A stretch of 63,769 bases of DNA, counting the filler, from Alphaproteobacteria bacterium (GTDB lineage: Bacteria; Pseudomonadota; Alphaproteobacteria; Caedimonadales; UBA9215), in assembly GCA_024280495.1 (NCBI GenBank). It is 6 parts of 6 records of this genome, joined end to end, with 100 filler letters (N's around TTAATTAATTAA, not from the genome) between each part and the next. Parts side by side here need not be neighbours in the genome. Positions count along the whole stretch, not along the records: positions 59,163 to 63,769 come from JAJRPZ010000058.1; 5 more parts are not named here. One strand, written 5' to 3'. The notes below the pieces were generated by a model, which was given only the letters and a program-made list of their open reading frames with translations, had not been told where the DNA came from and ran no database searches. Positions 59,163 to 63,769 of this stretch are shown here, in pieces; within the stretch, counting starts at the first letter, position 1, and the number at the start of each line of letters is the position of its first letter. Both the position numbers and the translations under genes were made by a program.

Positions 59163-60572
59163 TGCCGATGAAAGTCTTTCAACTTTTCTAGACGTTATGG
59201 TCGAAGCCTCAACCCCAGATTTACTAACAGAAGTCGCGTGAGAAACTTGCTGGGTGATGTCTTGAATTGCACAAGATAGTTCTTCAGACGCCGCCGCAAC
59301 GCTTTCAACATTCTGGGTAGCTGTTTCCGTTGTACTCGTTGCTGCATTGGCTTCGTTGCGTAATTTATGGTTGGATTCATTCATTTCAGACGTAAGCGTA
59401 AAAGCTTTCCCTGAATGTTCTAAAAGAGTCGCAACAGCATTTTTCATTTCTGTTTCCAAGCGATCAGAAATGGCAAGCATTTTCTGTTTTATTTCTTTTT
59501 GATTTTTTTCTGCTTCAATTAATTTGTTTTTTTCGGCGGCTTGCATTTCAATAAGTTTTTTCTTGAAAACCACCATGGCCCGAGAAAGCTTACCAATTTC
59601 ATCTTTTGTAGGAATGGGAATATCAATATTAGTATCCCCATCGGTAAGACGTTCAATGGTCTCAATATTTGCGTTCAATGGCGCGAAAGATCTTGAAAGA
59701 AAAAAGAAAATAGCCACAATACTCAAAATAATCAGAAAGATAACTGCTGCATATGTAATCCAATCTATTTTTTGCGCTGCCTTAAAGGATGCAGTGACAT
59801 CTTGTGTCGACACTAAATTGGCCACTGCCTTATTATTAAGGTCCATGATATCAACACTGGCGATGGCGAGATAAGCACCTTCATGGTTCAAAACTTGGTA
59901 ACCTGAATTGGTCAATTTATCAGGAATATTAAAAAGTATATTTTCACTGGTTTTTTCATCTAAAGAAAAGGATACTTTATTGTCCTTAGAAACAATAAAC
60001 GGTTCCATTGCACTATTATCCTTAAAATCCTTCAAAGCAGCCTTAAATCCTTTGCTATAAATGGCCGCAGCTACGAGCTTTCCACGACTGTAAAGGGGAA
60101 ATGCCATGGTAATATAAGGTTTTTCACCCACTAAAGATACGCCTCGGATAGATTTTTTAGATTTAAATATACGATTAGATAAAGAGATATAGGTGTTATT
60201 GTTCTTTGAATCATTGGCGTTATAAAGAACCTTGCCCTTCAAATTGACGATCACCATATTATCAAGAATTTTCGATGAACTCAGCCGATTATAATCATAA
60301 ACGGCTTCCCTTGAAAGAGTATCCACATCACTTTCGATAACGGCTTTCATGAGGGGGCGATTGCGTTTTAAACTCGTTGTTTTCGATTTCATTAAATCAG
60401 CTTGAGCCTTAACAACTTTATTCCATAAAGCCATACGGCCAGATAAAGTCGCAGTTTCAAACTCTTTGTCTGAATCGCTTCGAGAAAGGTGCCAAGCGTA
60501 AAAAATACTTGCTGAAACCACAAGAATGGCAGCCACAGTACTCATGATAATTTTTGTTCTTAATAACATCAT
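59163..60572 (-). CDS. Methyl-accepting chemotaxis protein (large periplasmic, probably dCache, sensor; HAMP), 3' truncated
   Basis: TM1, ~245-aa periplasmic region, TM2, HAMP (PL...DEIGKLSRAM), start of signalling domain NVESVAAASEELSCAIQDITQQV. Confidence 0.9.
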
Positions 60573-60621
60573 TCTCTCCGCTTAAAAACCTGAAAGAATT
60601 TACCTCTCCCAGGTGTTTTCT

Positions 60622-61047
60622 TTACTCAATAGGATTTCCAGCAGCCGACCAACCAGGGAAACCAGTACGGAAATACCTCACATTGCTATACCCAGCAGAA
60701 ACGAAAAATGCAGAGGCCATGGAGGCACGAGTGCATTTCTCACCGTTACAATAAGCAACAATAGTGGCGTTTTTATCAGGTAAGTTTTTCTCCAGATTTT
60801 TTTGATCATAAGTTCCTTTGATCTTAACATCCAAATGAATAGCACCAGGAATACGTCCTTCTTCATAGGCAGAATCTTGACGTGCATCCACAAAAACCGC
60901 CGTGCCCTCATCAAATAGTTTTTTAGCTTCAGCAGCATCAATTATTTTTGCTCCCTCGACACTTGCGGGCGCTGTATGCTCGCCAGAAAACGCCGCTATT
61001 GGTGTCAAAAATATTAATGTAAAAAGTAAGTTTTTAAAATTTGTCAT
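60622..61047 (-). CDS. Exported single-domain rhodanese-like protein
   Basis: Signal peptide ending AFS; FVDAR, GRIPGAIHL, active-site loop YCNGEKC, AGYSNV, GFPGW. Confidence 0.9.
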   Translation of the reverse strand: MTNFKNLLFTLIFLTPIAAFSGEHTAPASVEGAKIIDAAEAKKLFDEGTAVFVDARQDSAYEEGRIPGAIHLDVKIKGTYDQKNLEKNLPDKNATIVAYCNGEKCTRASMASAFFVSAGYSNVRYFRTGFPGWSAAGNPIE

Positions 61048-61111
61048 CTATATCTCCTTTGATGATCGTTGAAATACAACCATTTCAGAATCAATTTTCA
61101 TCACAAAGGTA

Positions 61112-61126
61112 TTAATGATTCATTAA
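61112..61126. promoter_or_regulatory. CtrA-type box TTAA-N7-TTAA
   Basis: ttaa-tgattca-ttaa, 65 bp upstream of the rhodanese-MCP start, in the divergent gap shared with lysC. Confidence 0.5.
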
Positions 61127-61209
61127 AACCCCTCACCGAAAAGGATAAACTTGCTATTTCATATTCTTTCACCTAAAAATGAAGTGAGATTAATAGGAAA
61201 TATGGATTA

Positions 61210-62475
61210 ATGACTCTTCTCGTTATTAAGTTTGGCGGCACTTCCCTTGCCAATAAAGATTGCATATTGAATGCAGCAGCTATCATCATTGATTTAAAAG
61301 CCCAAGGTTATCAAGTTGTCGTGGTCGTTTCTGCCATGGCAGGAGAGACGGATCGCTTAGCTTCCCTTGCGGACTCTTTTATGAATGACGCGCGGCCTTC
61401 GACCTTGTCATCAGCCTTCGACGTTGTGATTTCGGCAGGCGAGCAAATTTCTTCTGGTCTTTTAGCTCTTGCCTGCCACTCCCTTGACGTTGCATGCGAA
61501 CCTGTTCAAGGGTGGCAACTTCCCATTGTCACGTCGTCTGATTTTTCCAAAGCTCGCATTGAAGGCGTAGATGTGAGCCATCTAAAAGATCTATTGAATG
61601 AAAATATAACACCCATTGTATCAGGTTTTCAAGGAGTCGATGCCCATGGACGTATCACGACATTTGGTCGAGGGGGCTCTGATGTCTCGGCCGTTGTCAT
61701 TGCCGCAGCTCTTGGTGCGAATGAGTGCCGCCTTTATAAGGATGTTGATGGCGTTTCAACGGCAGATCCTTCCCTAGTATCCAACACAAGAGTTCTTGAT
61801 AAAATTAGCATTGAAGAAATGTTTGAAAAATGCTCACAAGGAGCAAAAATCATACATCCTCGTGCCGTTGAAGCCGCCATGAGACAAGATGTTGCCTTGC
61901 GTATTCTTCCCACATTTTCTGATAAAAAAAAATCCGAGGGGACTTTCATAGTAAAATCTTCCCCGTTTCTTGAGACAGAAAATATTTCAGGTATTGTTTG
62001 CAATAAAAAAGAAGTAAGGTTTCTTGTTATGGGGTTGCCGTCAAGTCCAGGAGCAACAACACCCCTATTTTCAATACTTTCAGAATACAATATTAGTGTT
62101 GATATGATATTGCTTGATGAACATCACTTATCATTTACTGTGCCTTCCGATGATTTTGACCTGGTTCTGAAAATTCTCAAAGATCTAAGGTCTCAATTGA
62201 ATTATGGCACTATATTTAATCAAAAACGTCTTGCTAAGGTTTCCATTGTTGGTGTCGGTCTGCGTGGTCATGCTTCTGTCGCTAATGTGGTCGGCGAGTC
62301 TTTAGAATTCTTTGGCATTTCTATGTATGGAATGACAGCAACGGAGCTCAAATTAAGCATTTTAGTTTCAGAGGAGTATGCAGATGAATTTGTTCAGATT
62401 TTACATGATCGTTTTCACTTGAATCTACCGCTCCAAAATCGTCCTTCTCTTATGAGATGTAAGGGAGTAAAATAA
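61210..62475 (+). CDS. lysC: Aspartate kinase
   Basis: KFGGTSL, VVSAMAGETD, GRGGSD, DVDGV, GAKIIHPRAVE; two ACT domains. Confidence 0.94.
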   Translation: MTLLVIKFGGTSLANKDCILNAAAIIIDLKAQGYQVVVVVSAMAGETDRLASLADSFMNDARPSTLSSAFDVVISAGEQISSGLLALACHSLDVACEPVQGWQLPIVTSSDFSKARIEGVDVSHLKDLLNENITPIVSGFQGVDAHGRITTFGRGGSDVSAVVIAAALGANECRLYKDVDGVSTADPSLVSNTRVLDKISIEEMFEKCSQGAKIIHPRAVEAAMRQDVALRILPTFSDKKKSEGTFIVKSSPFLETENISGIVCNKKEVRFLVMGLPSSPGATTPLFSILSEYNISVDMILLDEHHLSFTVPSDDFDLVLKILKDLRSQLNYGTIFNQKRLAKVSIVGVGLRGHASVANVVGESLEFFGISMYGMTATELKLSILVSEEYADEFVQILHDRFHLNLPLQNRPSLMRCKGVK

Positions 62476-62505
62476 GTGCAAAACAAACGCAGGAAGGTTA
62501 ATGAA

Positions 62506-63567
62506 ATGATTTCCCCTACTATTTCTCCTATTGATGACACCAGAACAGAAGTCGCCATGGATCACCTTAAGGGTCTTTGGGCGCGTGGTTGTGAATTTTT
62601 GCAGTGCGAATATGCAATTTTAGGGGGTGCAATGACCTGGGTATCCGAGCATAACTTGGTTGCTGCTATCTCTAATGCTGGTGGATTTGGTATTCTGGCA
62701 AGTGGGGCTATGCCTGCTGATATTTTACGTGAGGAAATTAAAAAGACCCGTTCAAAAACAAAGAAAAGCTTTGGGGTAAATATTATAACGCTACATCCAC
62801 AGTTAGATGACTTAATTCAGGTTTGTATCGAGGAAAGCATTTCCCATGTGGTTTTAGCTGGAGGCGTGCCGTCAAAACAGTCCATTGAAATTTTAAAAAA
62901 AGCGGGGGTTAAAATTATTTGCTTTGCGCCAGCGTTGGTGCTTGCCAAGCGAATGATTCAATATGGTGCTGATGCTCTCGTCATTGAAGGAAATGAAGCT
63001 GGTGGGCATATTGGCCCCGTTTCGACTTCTGTTTTGGCCCAAGAAATATTACCTCACATTAAAAACGTCCCTGTATTTATTGCTGGTGGTATTGGGTGTG
63101 GGGATATAATGGTTAGTTACCTTGAAATGGGGGCTTCGGGTTGTCAATTGGGCACACGGTTTGTTTGTGCAACAGAATGCCAAGCACATCCTGATTTCAA
63201 AAAAGCTTTCATGAAAGGGGCCGCACGACATGCCGTAGTTTCATCGCAAATAGATCCCCGTTTACCAGTGATCCCAGTGCGCGCTCTTCACAACATGGCA
63301 ACTGAAGATTTTATGAATTTTCAACGTGAGATGATTAAGCGTGTGGATGATGGACTTCTAGGATTGAGTGAAGCACAAATGGAAATTGAACATTTTTGGG
63401 CAGGTTCGTTGCGCAAGGCAGTGGTTGATGGAGATATAGACCATGGGTCCCTTATGGCTGGTCAAAGTGTTGGTTTTGTTAAAAAAGAAGCCTCCGTACA
63501 AGAAATTATGAATGAGTTATTAGGACAAGCATGGAGAATATTAGGATCGAGGGCTTCGTATAGCTAA
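62506..63567 (+). CDS. Nitronate monooxygenase / FabK-like flavoenzyme (start could be 62476)
   Basis: GGAMTWVSE, SNAGGFG, EGNEAGGHIG, AGGIG, QLGTRF, GSLMAGQSVG. Confidence 0.9.
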   Translation: MISPTISPIDDTRTEVAMDHLKGLWARGCEFLQCEYAILGGAMTWVSEHNLVAAISNAGGFGILASGAMPADILREEIKKTRSKTKKSFGVNIITLHPQLDDLIQVCIEESISHVVLAGGVPSKQSIEILKKAGVKIICFAPALVLAKRMIQYGADALVIEGNEAGGHIGPVSTSVLAQEILPHIKNVPVFIAGGIGCGDIMVSYLEMGASGCQLGTRFVCATECQAHPDFKKAFMKGAARHAVVSSQIDPRLPVIPVRALHNMATEDFMNFQREMIKRVDDGLLGLSEAQMEIEHFWAGSLRKAVVDGDIDHGSLMAGQSVGFVKKEASVQEIMNELLGQAWRILGSRASYS

Positions 63568-63657
63568 TCATTTTTACGTTTATACTTTGTTACTATGCTC
63601 CTTGGCTATAAGTATAGCCGTCGTCCCTTACGCCTCGTGTAAACAAAAAACTAATCA
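63559..63657. repeat. ~100-bp MITE/RPE-like dispersed repeat, copy B (right end abuts IS30)
   Basis: About 90% identical to 15271-15369; central hairpin ggctata-ag-tatagcc; overlaps the upstream stop codon. Confidence 0.85.
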
Positions 63658-63659
63658 TT

Positions 63660-63769
63660 CGCCGTTTCAGAAATGAAGTGCGTCATTTTGAGGAAGTGAA
63701 AAGTCAGGTATTCGTCTAAACTCTACGTTGGAAAACAATGGAGAATAGAATGCCCAAAGGCTACAAACA
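63660..63769 (+). mobile_element. IS30-family element, left end; left inverted repeat 63660-63688; transposase ATG at 63750
   Basis: Identical to the reverse complement of 41359-41468; GGAG then MPKGYK; terminal repeat pairs with 110-138. Confidence 0.9.

Overview
AT-rich alphaproteobacterial draft genome segment (gene order and content suggest a Holosporales/Rickettsiales-like or other reduced-genome lineage; this is inference). It is six contigs joined by five artificial 100-nt N-TTAATTAATTAA-N linkers, so adjacency across linkers is not biological. Contig 1 (1-23663) carries an IS30 right end, large NAD-glutamate dehydrogenase, a degenerate orphan CheR, acs, the hemC-hemD-mitofilin(Mic60)-hemY cluster, tsaD-gpsA-EVE, tRNA-fMet, a DnaA-box-rich oriC upstream of hemE, hemJ, rho, rsmG-parA-parB with three parS sites inside coding sequence, and ubiE. 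Contig 2 has tsaE-addB-addA, der, asd and a three-gene copper cluster. Contig 3 has ctaA, a SulP, serC, a GST and a DUF2608-like gene. Contig 4 has an IS30 left end and the dcw cluster (mraZ to murD). Contig 5 has lipB, rnhB, two CPA2 antiporters, trkH, tRNA-Thr, suhB and efp. Contig 6 has a secreted rhodanese plus chemoreceptor pair, lysC, a nitronate monooxygenase/FabK-like gene and another IS30 left end. The most interesting items are the exported rhodanese-MCP operon behind a CtrA-type box, the multicopper oxidase fused to a probable beta-barrel with a DUF2231 partner that seems to start at AUU, and a ~100-bp MITE-like repeat that supplies the final codons and stop of host genes. No CRISPR array, rRNA or prophage was seen.
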